64,000 bases of DNA from Chiloscyllium plagiosum (Eukaryota): assembly GCF_004010195.1 (NCBI RefSeq), contig NC_057718.1, positions 96,642,230 through 96,706,229 on the forward strand, written 5' to 3'. A model generated the notes under the pieces. It saw only the letters and a program-made list of their open reading frames with translations. It was not told where the DNA came from and did no database searches. A program made the translations under genes and the position numbers. Shown piece after piece: positions 27,221-39,929 of this stretch; the stretch's first letter is position 1; each line of letters begins with the position of its first letter.

Positions 27221-28459
27221 ATCATCAGTATGAGTCCAGCTGGGGAAACCACTACAATGGGATACCCTGCAATGCTGAACTGTCAGAAGCTCTGACTCTT
27301 GCCTACCAATGAAACAAGGATTGGCCCAAGACATACTATCCCCAAATCTACCCCAAGTTCACCTGGCCCCTGAGCACTGAGGTGCTCTGTTAAGATATGA
27401 AGCAAATGAGATAGTCTCCCAATGGGCCTGCAGTACCCACAGATGTCTTATAGAGGCTGATACATTACCGCACACATTCTAGCCTTTCAGTGCAATGGGG
27501 ATCCCATGTAATAGATCCACCACAACCAATCTCTAACACCATTTTCCTGGGGTGACCATCAGTCTCTTTCCTAGAGATGTGCTTTCTTTTCCTTCCCAAT
27601 TTGTTCAGTTTCCACAACGCATCGTGCATCGGAAAGGCTTGTCCCAATCACTGTGATATCTGTCTTACTGAGATCTCTGAGATAAAGGTGCTAACACCAT
27701 TGCCTGATACTGCAAGGAATATCAATTTTTATGGATAAAGAGTTGGGTGGTGTGATTAAATTTTGCTATTTGTAGTAAGGTGCCAGTACCAAAGCGATGG
27801 GCTGAAAGGCTATATTCCAATCAGATGCATGTGTTTTATTATAAGTGATATAAATACTTTCCTTTTAAAAAGGATAGTTTAAAGGAAGTCCATAAAAAGT
27901 ATATTCTTTAGTTAATAGGGTCAAACTCATTGTAAAATTCTTTATGACAAGTTACATTAATTACACCAGAGTGACCTCCACTTAAACCTTCATAAAGCTG
28001 GAAATTGGAGCATGCAACATAATTCATCCTATTTGCTTGCAGCTAAGTTTCACTTCTAAGTAGCCCATCTGATATACAGGGGTGGATTCTTCATTCCTTT
28101 GTGCCTGTTATGTAGAATGGGGAAGGCTTAAATATGTTTTGGTTTAACTCCTAATGCCAGCTATGTCTACGCAGGACCATTTGAGCATATGTTGTCCTGT
28201 TGTCTCCCAACAGGCTCTGGAATACAGGCAGAAATATTTGATATGCAAACATGCCATGACTTCCTGGATTTTGTCCAATTCACTGATCAAAGTTCTGGAC
28301 AAAAGTGATCCCAATCTGAACAATACGAGGTATGGGAATGCAGGGATACTTGAGAGATGGTGAAATATTTCTTAGGGGTGTCTCTTTTATGTTTTTTTTA
28401 ACACTCTTGTCCTGAGGCTGGAAACAATAGCCTGAAAAAAGTGAAACGAAGATGTTGAA

Positions 28460-28660
28460 ATTCCGAAACAAAAACAGAAATTGCTGGAGAAACTCGTCAG
28501 GTCTGGCAGCGTCTGTGGAGAGAAAACAGAGTTAGTGTTTCCAGTTTGGTCTAACCCTTCTTCAGAACGCTTCTGAAGAAGGGTCACTGGACTTGAAACA
28601 TTAACTCTGTGTTTTTCTCTACTGATGCTGCAAGACCTGCTGAGTTTTGACAATAATGTT
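28460..28660. mobile_element. Penelope-like inverted-repeat insertion, family C
   Basis: arms ...cccttcttcagaa|cgc|ttCTGAAGAagggtcactggacttGAAAcattaactctg. Confidence 0.85.
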
Positions 28661-29067
28661 GGTGTTTGAAAGTAGCACCTTGCATTTATATATCACCACT
28701 TCACAGCTAATGATGGACTTTTGTGTGAATTGTTGCAGGGAAAAGTGAAAGCTTATTTACTCACAGCCAGCACCCACAAGCAAGAATGAAGTAGAAAATC
28801 ACATAACAGTCTTGGTCAAGGAATAAAACATTGACCAGAAATGTGCTGCCGCCTCAAATAGACTCATGCAGAATGGTCTTTCACTTGAATAAATCACCAA
28901 AGATTCCCTCTTTTCTGTGACCTATTAGGTTGGCTTTCAATTCAAAATGGGGCATCACTAATGTCAGATCAATGAGATTTGGACCCTTGGATCTTAATTG
29001 TATGGGCCCCAAACTCCCATTCAAAAGCAATGGGAGATGGGAGCTGTGCAGCAGGCAGAACTGACAT

Positions 29068-29230
29068 GAATAACTGCAGATGCAGGAAATAGGAAACCAA
29101 AGGAGAAATTGCTGGGGAAACACAGCAGGTCTGACATTTGAGTCCAAAAGAACAGTCACATTGAAACTCTGTTTCTCCCTCCTCAGAGGCTGCCAGATCT
29201 GCTGAGTTTCTTCAGCATTCTCTGCTTTTG
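29068..29230. mobile_element. Penelope-like inverted-repeat remnant, family C
   Basis: cagcaggtctg and gctgccagatctgctgag arms. Confidence 0.6.
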
Positions 29231-30869
29231 GAGCAGATACAACATATTGGACTGATATATGTCACTCAAAGAAATCGCCCCTGACATTCAGCTATGTGCT
29301 TGGAAAATCCCTCGATTATGAAGTGGGGAGGTGATGAGGCGATAGTAATGAACAGTGATCCCAGGGTATGGGAAATCTGATCGCCCCAGAGCATAAACTC
29401 CCACACGGAAAGGTCGTAGAACAGAAAAACATGTCCTTTTTGTCCTCAGCTCCACTTCCTGCTGAGGTAGAAAGGGCACAATGGCGGTTCCAGGTCTCTA
29501 GGTAAAGTCACAACCAAACTCCAAAGATGTCATTGGAGCTTCACCTGCATTTATAGATAAAGACTTCATTGGTCCCTCTTGCTTATGCAAGAGGTGAATC
29601 AGAACTTTAGAAGCAGCAGCAAACTCCCACAGTATTAAATCAGCCATTATACATCATTTTTCCACTTTTGTTTTCATTTGTCGTTTGTAATTTCAGAAAA
29701 GGTGTACCAACACATCAGAATTACATATAGAATGTAGAATTAGATAGGGACAGATTCCAATCGCAGATCCGTTATCTGAGCACATAGGTCAAGTCTTTCT
29801 CTGGCACTTCTAAGAAAAAGAAATCAATTTCTGAGTGATATTACTACACACTGCTCGGAGCTGGTGGGACTTAAATGCAGTCCTCCTGGCTTAGAGGTAG
29901 GACATTACCATTGCACCACAGCACCTTTGCAAACAGCTTGCGGATATTTTCCTAATTCTATTAACTGTCTCTGGAGCAGGTCAGAATTCAACCTACCCAC
30001 TGCACCACAACAGCCCCTAGCATCTTGTATAGTTTGCTCTTCAATTCAGGGGACTGGGAGAAAAGTTAATAGTTCCTCATGCTGTTGGTTGGCACCTTTT
30101 TATTTGCTACAACATGATTCATCATTGAGTGTTACCTTCTTCTTTTAGATGTAAATTTACCAATCACACACAAGGATTGGTGTAACAACAGTGTGGGTTA
30201 CTTTTTATTTGCATATGTGACAAGATCGAGCTAATCTCCGCTGGGAGGATAGGCACATTACATTGAGCTCCTATCACTGCTACACAGATTGCCCCCCACA
30301 GGTCACGGGACAAAGACATCACAACACATTGTGGTGAATAATAATTGACAGTGGTTTAAGATGTGCACTCTTAAAGGTACGTGCACATCATATCACAACT
30401 GTGAGTGCATATCTCCCCAAACCATTCACCACCTGAAGCTTCTCAATGAGGTCTCAAAGACAATTCATTCTCCAGATATGTAAGATGTACTAAACAAAGG
30501 TTGAACTGTGTGACTACTTGTGTTCATTGCTCTCTTATATGATTCATATCAGATTCACATTTACATTCACACGTACATGAATTTGAAAGTAGGTCCTGCA
30601 GTGTTTTCCCAGGTGGTCACTCCTAGTACCTTGTGATATCTGCCCCTTCTAAAAGGACGGAATACTGTGTAAGGGCTATTTGAGGTGGTTTGCTCATAGA
30701 AAACATCCTTTATTTTTGCTTTGACTTTGGGTCTATCTACTAATTAGTGCTGGGGAATGGATCATCATAAAGCATCTACAGATAGAGACAGTATTCTAAG
30801 ATAAGAAGAATATTTAGTGTATGAAAGCAAAAGTTAGAACTACATTCGGTCAGACCTAATGGCTAGGAT

Positions 30870-31260
30870 AAAACAAAGAACTGAGGAGATCTGAAACAAA
30901 CAAAGACCTGAAATTAAAACAGAAATCACTGGAAAAACTCAACGGGTCTGGCAGTGTTTGTAGGGAGAGATCAGAGTTAATGTTTCACATTAAGTGGTCC
31001 TTCCTCAGAACTGGAACTTGAACAGTTCTGAGGAAGAACCACTCGACCTGAAATGTTAACTCTGATTTCCCTGCACAGACGCTGCCAGAGCTGCTGAGTT
31101 TCTCCAGGAATTTCAGATCTTTGAAAACCGAAAGGACTGCAGATGCTGTAAATCAGAAGCAAAAGCAGAAATTGCTGATTTACAGCATCCGCAGTTCTTT
31201 AGCTTTTTACAAAGCTGAAATTGCTGGAGAAACTCAGCAGGTTTGGCAGCATCCACTAAC
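30870..31260. mobile_element. cluster of Penelope-like family C termini (inverted pair plus extra arms)
   Basis: ccttcctcagaact / agttCTGAGGAagaaccactcgacctGAAAtgttaactctg. Confidence 0.8.
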
Positions 31261-32139
31261 GCTACTGATTCTGTTTCAGAACTTCTAACGACTAGGACCT
31301 TAGGGAGCTGGTACAGATGCATCTATCCCCTCCAAAAACAAGAGGGGAGCTCCTTGTCTCTCACCAGAGATTGTGTGGAACAGGAGTAAAATGGGTGTAA
31401 ACAAAGTAACATGAGCATTAACCTCTTCAAAACCATTAGTCATGCAACAGATCTCATATAAAATAAACTGCTGCTCTAAAGTTTAATGCAAATGAGCTGC
31501 ACTTCTTTTCTCTGCCAGTTAGGTTACCTGTCTATCACCGACTGAAGTAGATCTTACATTTCCTTTTTCTTTAGTTAGTCCATTATCTGTGGGCTTCAGT
31601 GCGAAGTAATGTACATTAAAAGACATCATTCCAGCCAAGCGAATTTAAACCGGGAACAATAAATTGCAGTTTCCTTCTGCATCTACAGTTAGATCCAACC
31701 CGTGCTTTGATCTAATTTATTGAAGAGATATACTTGAAAAGGAATTTATCAGTTGAAGTAAGTTGCTCTTGATATGGTTTCTGAGGCAACAAAATCTATT
31801 ACTAAGTAATAACTAACAGCAATTCTTTGTAGAAATTTTATTCCTGTAAAAAAACCTACCAACTGAATTATTAACTGGTTTGGCATTGAACAAAGCATAT
31901 GAGAGCCCCACACTGCCAGGAAGGTATGAGAGTTATTTATCGATTCATTTGGCACTGTCAGATTCAAGGGATAAATTAAGAGATTTTGAAAGGGACTGGA
32001 CAATACAATAGGTTAGAACTATATCCTTTAACTGCTGGGACCTGGATAAGAATTAAACCAAAGTCTCCTCTTTTTACTGGCTTGGACGGAACCTCAGAAA
32101 GATGCATTTTATTTTTACCATCCTAGTGAGTGTCATGCA

Positions 32140-33040
32140 TGGTACTGTTGGTCATCTACTTGCTTTGGGTCATCGGTTCAAGTTCCTCTCTGTGCTTGAA
32201 CACATCAGTACAGTACTGAGGGAGTACTGCATTGTTGCTGGTGCCAACTTTTAGATGAGAGTTTACACTAAGGCCCTGTCTATCTGCACAGGTAGATGTA
32301 AAATAGCATTAACAGCCAAGGACATCCCCCTAGCATCCTGGCTGACATTTATCCCTCAATCAACATCACAAAGGAACAGATTATTTGGCCACTATCAGAT
32401 TGCTGTTTGTGGGAGTCTGCTGTGTTTAAATTAGTTGTTCCTTACACTTGAAAGGGTTCAGAAAAGATTTACAAGGATGTTGCCAGGGTTGGAGGATTTG
32501 AGCTATAGGGAGAGGCTGCACAGGCTGGAGCTGTTATCCCTGGAGCGTCGGAGGCTGAGGGGTAACCTTACAGAGGTTGATAAAATCATGAGGGGCATGG
32601 ATAGGGTAAATAGACAAAGTCTTTTCCCTGGGGTCAGGGAGTCCAGAACTAGAGAGTCATAGGTTTAGGGTGAGAGGGGAAAGATATAAAAGAGGCCTAA
32701 GGGGCAACCTTTACACACAGAGAGTGGTATGTGTCTGGAATGAGCTGCCAGAGGAATTGGTGGAGGCTGGTACAATTACAACATTTAAGAGGCATCTGGA
32801 TGGATATATGAATAGCAATGGTTTGGAGGGATATGGACCAGGTGCTGGCAGGTTGGGACTAGATTGGGTTGGGATATCTGGTCGGCATGGACGGGTTGGA
32901 CCGAAGGGTCTGTTTCCATGCTTTACATCTCAATGACTCTATGACTCCAACAGTGGCTACACTTGCAAAAGTAATTCAAAGGTCACAAAGTGCTTTGAGA
33001 TGCCTGGTGGTCATGAAGAAATAAATGCAAGTCTTTTGTG
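32140..33040 (+). mobile_element. DeuSINE (SacSINE1/AmnSINE-like), split by a CR1 insertion
   Basis: Deu-domain-like cagtactgagggagtactgcattg...atttatccctcaatcaacatcac...ttgctgtttgtggga; resumes at caacagtggctacactt...aaatgcaagtctttt. Confidence 0.75.
32447..32947 (+). mobile_element. young CR1/HER1 3' fragment
   Basis: LERVQKRFTRMLPGLEDLSYRERL...WNELPEELVEAGTITTFKRHLDGYMN; tail atgactctatgact. Confidence 0.93.
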
Positions 33041-33190
33041 TATGGCATGGAAATTTAACAATAATTCTATCAAGTGCATGTGGGGGATTGGAAATGTCAC
33101 TGTATTGGGGAAAATGTTCTTTCTTTTCAGGATGCATTCAAGCACATCAACAGGGCAGTGTGGAAGATGTTTGTCTCTTTGTTATAAAGC

Positions 33191-33397
33191 TGGAAATGTG
33201 TTGCTGGAAAAGCGCAGCAGGTCAGGCAGCATCTAGGGAACAGGAGAATCGACGTTTCGGGCATAAGCCCTTCTTCAGGAAGGGCTTATGCCCGAAACGT
33301 CGATTCTCCTGTTCCCTGGATGCTGCCTGACCTGCTGCGCTTTTCCAGCAACACATTTCCAGCTCTGATCTCCAGCATCTGCAGACCTCACTTTCTC
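33191..33397. mobile_element. Penelope-like near-perfect palindromic insertion, family A, 16-bp TSD
   Basis: ctctttgttataaagc at 33175-33190 and 33398-33413; ~85-bp inverted arms; intact hammerhead core on the minus strand at 33251-33278. Confidence 0.92.
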
Positions 33398-34774
33398 CTC
33401 TTTGTTATAAAGCCAATGCAAAATACTTGAAGCCAAATAGTGGAGAGGTATTGCATTTCCCAAAGCTAACATCTATCACCTTAATAGTAGAAGGATGAAA
33501 TAAAATAACACTTGCATTAATATGAATAGAATTTGAGTGATTTACAGAGATCAATTTAGTTAAATTGCAATGTTTTTCTCTCTTAGCCAGTGGAATAGAT
33601 TTTAGAATTTTGTTCAACTTTGCATAGTGTTAGTTGTATATGCTTTGCAGCATCTCTTTACACTGGGAACAAATGCTGCATTCATTAGCTTGTCAAGGAA
33701 GAAGTTTAAGTGAAAAAAAAAGCAATGGATGTTTGCCATGTTTGACAAAAGTAGCACAGAAAGCCATTTTTAAAAAAAAGCCATTGAGACGATTATTTCC
33801 AAAGTCTCAGTTCTATTAGTACCTGTAAATCTATGTATAGTCAAGGCTAAAGTTTGGAAATTCCTGTTGGAGTATTACGGAGGGGTTAATTATAGGTCAC
33901 TAAAAGCTTTTACGAGTTATAAGGTCTGCTGGTTTCTTCACCATGTTGCTGCTTTCTGTCTACAGGATAAATTGCGAGCTGTTTCTCCCACATAGCAGGC
34001 TGAGCCCATGAAAAGCAAGAGGCAGTAATCCTCTTAATTACCTATAAAATTCACTTAGGAGGCAATTTAGCATCTAAATTAGGATCAGGGAAAGCAAGGG
34101 CAGACATTTACTCAGTACAATTGCTGGAGGAGTTGGACATCAGGGAGTGAGAAATGCCAGTTTGCCAAGCAAAATGTTTGAAGCAACAATGAATCAGGAA
34201 CGGGATTCATACATCGAATGGGACTCTCTACCTCTTAGAACTAGCAGGTGCTTAGGTGTGGGAGGACATAGCTCCAATAGGACAGCAATCAAGCGTAGGG
34301 ATGCTGGACATGGCTGATGGAAAATTATTTCACAATGTACAGATAACATCATCCAGGGATACAACAATGCCAGGAAACAGTTCGCAAAAGCTTTCATCCG
34401 GTGACCTAAACTTGTACCTTCCCACATAGGGATCACCAAGGGGCCCCAGAGAAACGCAAAAGGCAGAGTGAGCAGATCACCAATGCCAGGAATTAAGCCT
34501 CAAGGGTGTGAAGAAACGCCACAAGCAACCCAACGATCTCCCATGAGTGGGCAAGATCAGTGAATGCATCTTCAAACAATACATCCTATCATCCGTTACC
34601 TCAGTGAGCTCAGATGCTGCTCAATTCACCCCCTTCCCATCATCCACCTACTAACAGTCTTCATCAGGAAGGATCCCAGAAGCAAAAACTAGTAAACATC
34701 AGAAATGATCCTACAGGTCCAAACTGGAGTTCCATGTTAAGGTATTCAGGATGAGTCTATTTTGTTACTCAATC

Positions 34775-34945
34775 ACAGCATGGGGACATCGCTGACTGGG
34801 CCAGCATTTATTGCCCATCCCTAATTGTTAAGAGTCAACCACATCACTGGGGGTCTGGAGTCACATGTTGACCACACCAGGTAAGGATGGCAGCTTTCTT
34901 CCCTAAAGGGCATTAGTGACCCAGATGGGTTTTTCCTCACAATTG
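34775..34945 (-). mobile_element. tRNA SINE family B, 3' half
   Basis: gccagcatttattgcccatccctaattg...aagagtcaaccacatc...ggtaaggatggcag. Confidence 0.8.
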
Positions 34946-35714
34946 ATAATGCAGAGGGGGAATGATGAGCATGTGTGTACTCTAACAACAAGAAAGAGAT
35001 GGCTCTGGTCATGATCAAAGCTCTTTTGCCAAAGGCATGGCCGGTGGCAAGGCTGAAATCATGGAAGATCTTTATACCCATTCTGACTCCCCACATGACA
35101 CTTTCTCCTCAACTGCAAAAGGTGTAAATGTCAGGCTCTTCCAGCTCATCCCTCCCCCCCTCCCCCTCCCACTCCTATCACCCTCCACAGCACACACCAC
35201 CACCCCCCAAATTAATGGGATATGCCACCAGAAATTCAATGAGTGGCCAAAGTCACCATTTTCAAGGGCTATCACTTGGCAACTTAGACAATGCTCAATT
35301 CACCACACCCCCATCATTCACCCAGCTATCCCACCAGTCAGGATCCCAGAAGAAAAACTCAGTAATCACTGGAAATTATGGTACTGGCTCAATTTGGAGT
35401 TCCACGTGAAGGATTTCGAGGTGAGTTGAGACCATTTCCAGGTTTTACTGGTTTCTCCCCATTCCCTATGATCTGCAGTGTCATACAAGTCACACAACCT
35501 GGCCAAGTGGTGGAGGAAGTCCGTGGAGGAAGTGACAGTGAAGCCATCTCTTGCTTTCCCAACTGCAGCTGCCAACTCAAGCTCTGATGCTGTGAATGTC
35601 TTAGAAGCTAGATGGAAAGTGCTGGGGATCAGTGGGTGGTGAGACATTGGACAGTGCACTGCAGGCAACACAGGGTTTAACTCATTGGAGAGCTTCTCTG
35701 AAAATCAATTTACA

Positions 35715-36040
35715 AAATATTGGCACCGCTGGCAAGAGCAGTATTTATTACCCATCTCTAATTGCCTAGAGGGCAGTTAAGACTCAACCAAATTGGTGTG
35801 AGTCTGAATTCACATACAGGCCTGACTCAGTAAGGACAACAGTTCAGTTCCCTAATGGACATTAGTGAACCAGTTAGATTTTCCGGCAATGGGGTCATGG
35901 TCAGACTCTTAATTTTTTTCTAACATGCTGAATTCAAACTCACACTATCTGCTAGGGTGGGAATTGTATTCAGGTTTCTAGAGCATTACCAAGGTCTCTG
36001 TGTTAATAGTCTAAGCAGTAATACCACTAGGCCATCCCCT
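35715..36040 (-). mobile_element. tRNA SINE family B
   Basis: same tail and core as the other family B copies; head near 36040. Confidence 0.75.
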
Positions 36041-36214
36041 GCCCTCAAGAGAAAGCAACTGAGGACTCAGATTTACAGGAGAAGGTCGATCGTTGGTAAT
36101 GTGTATTCGCCTGCCAGAAAGCTTAGGTTTGACATCAAAGAGCATGGAAGATTCTGGCATTAAACTGATGCAGGGCTTTGTGCAAAGCTTGGAACTTATT
36201 ATTTCTAGTTTGGA

Positions 36215-36662
36215 TGTGATTGCTGGGGTTGGAAGATTTGCACTACGGGAAGAGGCTGAATAGACTGGGGCTGTTTTGCATGGAGTGTCGGAGGCTGAGG
36301 GGTGACCTTATAGAGGTTTATAAAATCATGGGGGGCATGGATAGGGTAAATAAGCAAGGTCTATTCCCCAAGGTGGTGGAGTCCAAAACTAGAGGGCATA
36401 GGTTTCAGGCGAGAGGGGAAAGACTTAAAAGGGACCTTCGGGGCAGGGCGTGGTACGTTAATGGAATGAGCTGCTACAGGAAGTGGTAGAGGCTGGTACA
36501 ATCACAATATTTAAAAGGCATCAAGATGGGTATATGAATAGGAAGGGTTTGGAGGAATATGGGCCACAAACTGGAAAATGAGATAAGATTAATTTAGGAT
36601 ATCTGGTCAGCATGGATGAGTTGGACCGAAGGGTCTGTTTCAGTGCTGTATGACTCTCTGAT
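36215..36662 (+). mobile_element. CR1/HER1 3' fragment
   Basis: RLNRLGLFCMECRRLRGDLIEVYKIMGGMDRVN. Confidence 0.9.
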
Positions 36663-36859
36663 GGCCAATTCCAATCACACCCTTGTGAATCCAACTATGA
36701 TGTAGTGTTTGATTGTCGATGTCTCAGATTCCATTGTAGCAAAAGTAACCTCGATGGAACCTCAGAGTGAAGTCTTATAAAGGAAACCCGCTGCTGCAAC
36801 TGCTAACACAGCCTCAGCATGCCACACTCCGTATCCCTGGTGTGCACCTCATTCTAGCT

Positions 36860-37065
36860 AAATTACCATCGTCCCAGAGAGCTCCTCTCTCTCATTACAG
36901 AGAAATAACCTGCTGCTGAGCTTAGCTGGAGGGTCACCACAAGGGGAGAGTTCAGAACAGCAGGACCTTCTCGGTAACCTCAGCTCGTGCAGGAACCCGA
37001 ACTCATGCTGCCTAGTGTTACTTTGCATTACAAACTAACTGCCCGGCCAATTGAGTGCACTAACC
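36860..37065 (-). mobile_element. tRNA SINE family C
   Basis: gagggtcaccac...ggtaacctcagc...gccaattgag. Confidence 0.6.
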
Positions 37066-37397
37066 CTCCCCACAATAGGCATTTGAAGAAGCAGCACAAA
37101 ACAGGTACCACTGACATTTTCAGATATAAAGCTCCCTCCTGTGACTTTGTAGTGCTCTAAATTATGCACAGTTGTGACTTGAGCTGCAGTTCAACACAAA
37201 ATGCAAACAACTACTTGAGTAAGGCAGATATTCTGTAGTTAAAGCAAAGAATGCTTGAGAAAGTCAGAGGACCTTGCAGCTTCTGTGGAGAGAGCAACAG
37301 AGACCTATGACACTTTGGCAGAATAAATCCCATCAAATTCTTGCTGCAATTAGACAGGGTTCGGTGAGGCTGCACCTGTGTGCGGTTTTGGTTTCCT

Positions 37398-38385
37398 TAT
37401 AGAGTCAGAGAGATATATAATACAGAAACAGAATCTTGGATCCAACCCGTCCATTCCAACCTGATATCCCAACTCAATCTAGTCCCACCTGCCAGCATCC
37501 GGCCCATATCCCTCCAAACTCTTCCTATTCATATACCCATCCAAATGCTTCTTAAATGTTGTAATTGTACCAGCCTCCACCACATCCTCTGGCAGCTCAT
37601 TCCACACACGCACCACTGTCTGCGTGAAAAAGTTGCCCCTTAGGTCTCTTTTATGTCTTTCCCCTCTCACCCTAAACCTATGCCCTCTGGTTCTCAACTC
37701 CCTCACCACAGGAAAAATACTTTGTCTATTTATCCTATTCATGCCCCTCATGATTTCCTAAACCTCTATAAGGTCACCCCTCAGCTTCCGACACTCCAGG
37801 GAAAACAGCCCCAGCCTGTTCAGCCTCTCCCTATAGCTCAAACCCTCCAACCCTGGCACCATCCTTGTAAATCTTTTTTGAACCCTTTCAAGTTTCACAA
37901 CATTTTTCCGATAGGAAGGAGACCAGAATTGCACACAATATTCCAAAAGTGGCCTAACCAATGTCCTGTACATCTGCAACATGACCTCCCAACTCCTGTA
38001 CTCGATATTCTGACCAATAAAGGAAAGCATACCAATGCCTTCTTCACTATCCTATTTACCTGCGACTCCACTTTCAAGGAGCTATGAACCTGCATTCTAA
38101 GGTCTCTTTGTTCAGCAACACTCCCTAGGACCTTACTGTTAAGCGTATAAGTCCTGCTAAGATTTTCTTTCCCAAAATACAGCACCTCACATTTATCTAA
38201 ACTAAACTCCATCTGCCACGTCTCAGCCCATTGGCCCATCTAATCAAGATCATGTTGTAATCTGAGGTAACCATCTTCGCTGTCCACGACACCTCCAATT
38301 TTGATGTCATCTGCAAACTTACTAACTATACCTCTTATGCTCACATCCAAATCATTTATATAAATGATGAAATGTAATGGACCCA
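37398..38385 (-). mobile_element. young CR1/HER1 LINE, RT core to 3' end
   Basis: LGPLHFIIYINDLDVSIRGIVSKFADDIKIGGVVDSEDGYLRLQHDLD; later ORF2 motifs continue to WNELPEDVVEAG. Confidence 0.95.
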
Positions 38386-38875
38386 GTCTGTGGAAAGATA
38401 TTCTGGCAATATATGGAATACAAGGAATTTTTACCAAATTGATTTCCAGGATCGATGAATGAAGAGAGCACAAGTTGATGAAGATTACATTCATTGGAGT
38501 TTAGAGGAATGAGTGGGGATCTCATCGACACCTACAAACTCTAACAGGATTAGAGAGTTAGATGCTGACAGGATGTCCTCGATGGTGAGAATAAAAGACT
38601 GAAATAGGAATCATAGTTTAAAGGTAAGGTTTAAGACAGAGATGAAATTTCTTCACCCAGAGAATGGAGTGAGCTTGTGAAACTCACTCCTACACAAAGT
38701 GGCTAAAACACTGTATTTTTCAAGAAGACGTATTCCAGCTCTTGTGGCTGAAGGAATCAAAGGGATATGGGGGGAGAGGGGGGATTAGGATACTAAGCTC
38801 GATGATCAGACATGATTGTGTAGAATGGTGGAGCAAGCTAGAGGGGTTGAATGGCCTATTCCAGTTCCTATGTTC
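38385..38875 (+). mobile_element. older CR1 subfamily 3' fragment
   Basis: decayed ORF2 C-terminus and 3'UTR ending ttcctatgttcc. Confidence 0.7.
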
Positions 38876-39654
38876 CAGCCTCCCTGAAATTGCTGTAAGT
38901 TCGACATCCTTCAGTGAATTTCACAGGGCTGATGACTGAAGGTGGCTGGATTCTACAAGAATTGGAAGCAACACATCACAAACACAGGGGGCACAGCAAT
39001 AGATACCATCCATATGGAAGCTATCCTCAAGGACACAGTGTGTCAATTAGAGCATAGAACATAGAAAGGTAAAGCACAGAACAGGCCCTTTGGCCCACGA
39101 TGTTGTACTGAGGATTAATCCTAATGTAAAATAAAATAACTTAACCTATGCACCCCTCAATTCACTGCTATCCATGTGCATGTCCAGCAGTCACTAAACT
39201 GTCCCTAATGACTCTGCTTCCACCACCACTGCTGGTAACACATTGCTTCCTGCTGTATCTCAGTTTCCACTGTGATTACAAAACAGTGAAACCCCAGCTC
39301 AATAACAACGAGTTATCCAACAAGTATTACACTTGACCCTTTCCTGCTCTCGTTCATTGTCACCTGCTGATGGAAAATGATTATAATAATTTGCCTGTGC
39401 AGGAAGCCCTACAACATGGAAATAAAATTACAATGGACTACTGCTCCAAGAGCAATTAGAAACATTGTACCACATGAGAGAGAAGTGAAGATGCAACAAT
39501 GTGGTCTCTGAAAGTTGCACGCTGTTGGGTTAAGTAGAGCTCTAAATGTTAGACAGAGATGGGATAGCAAGGACACTTGGGTTTTCACCATGTCCTTCAT
39601 AATACTCCAACATGCTTTATCACCAGGTAGTCACTGCTGTAATGTGGGAAAAAT

Positions 39655-39790
39655 AGTGATGTGGTGGTGCCGGTGTTGGACTGGGGTGGACAAAGTTAAA
39701 AATCACGCTACACCAGGTTACAGTCCAACAGGTTTATTTGGAAGCACTAGCTTTCGAAATGCTGCTCCTTCATCAGGTGGCTGCTGGCAT
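39655..39790 (-). mobile_element. Penelope-like terminal fragment, family B
   Basis: reverse strand cacCTGATGAaggagcagcatttcGAAAGCTAgtgcttcc. Confidence 0.8.
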
Positions 39791-39929
39791 CCATTTGCAC
39801 ACAGCGAGCTCCCACAAGTAGCATTGTGATAACTGTTGTGGTTCGTCTCTCAAATGTATGTCAGAATACCGTGAAGACATATACTCATGCTATCATCAGT
39901 GTAGGGAACCTTGTCTTTGTGCAGCAAGT

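Noticed and set aside
31689..31716. gtgctttgatctaa resembles miR-218
   Set aside because: It has an indel in the seed region and only a 7-bp stem; a TCF site explains it better.
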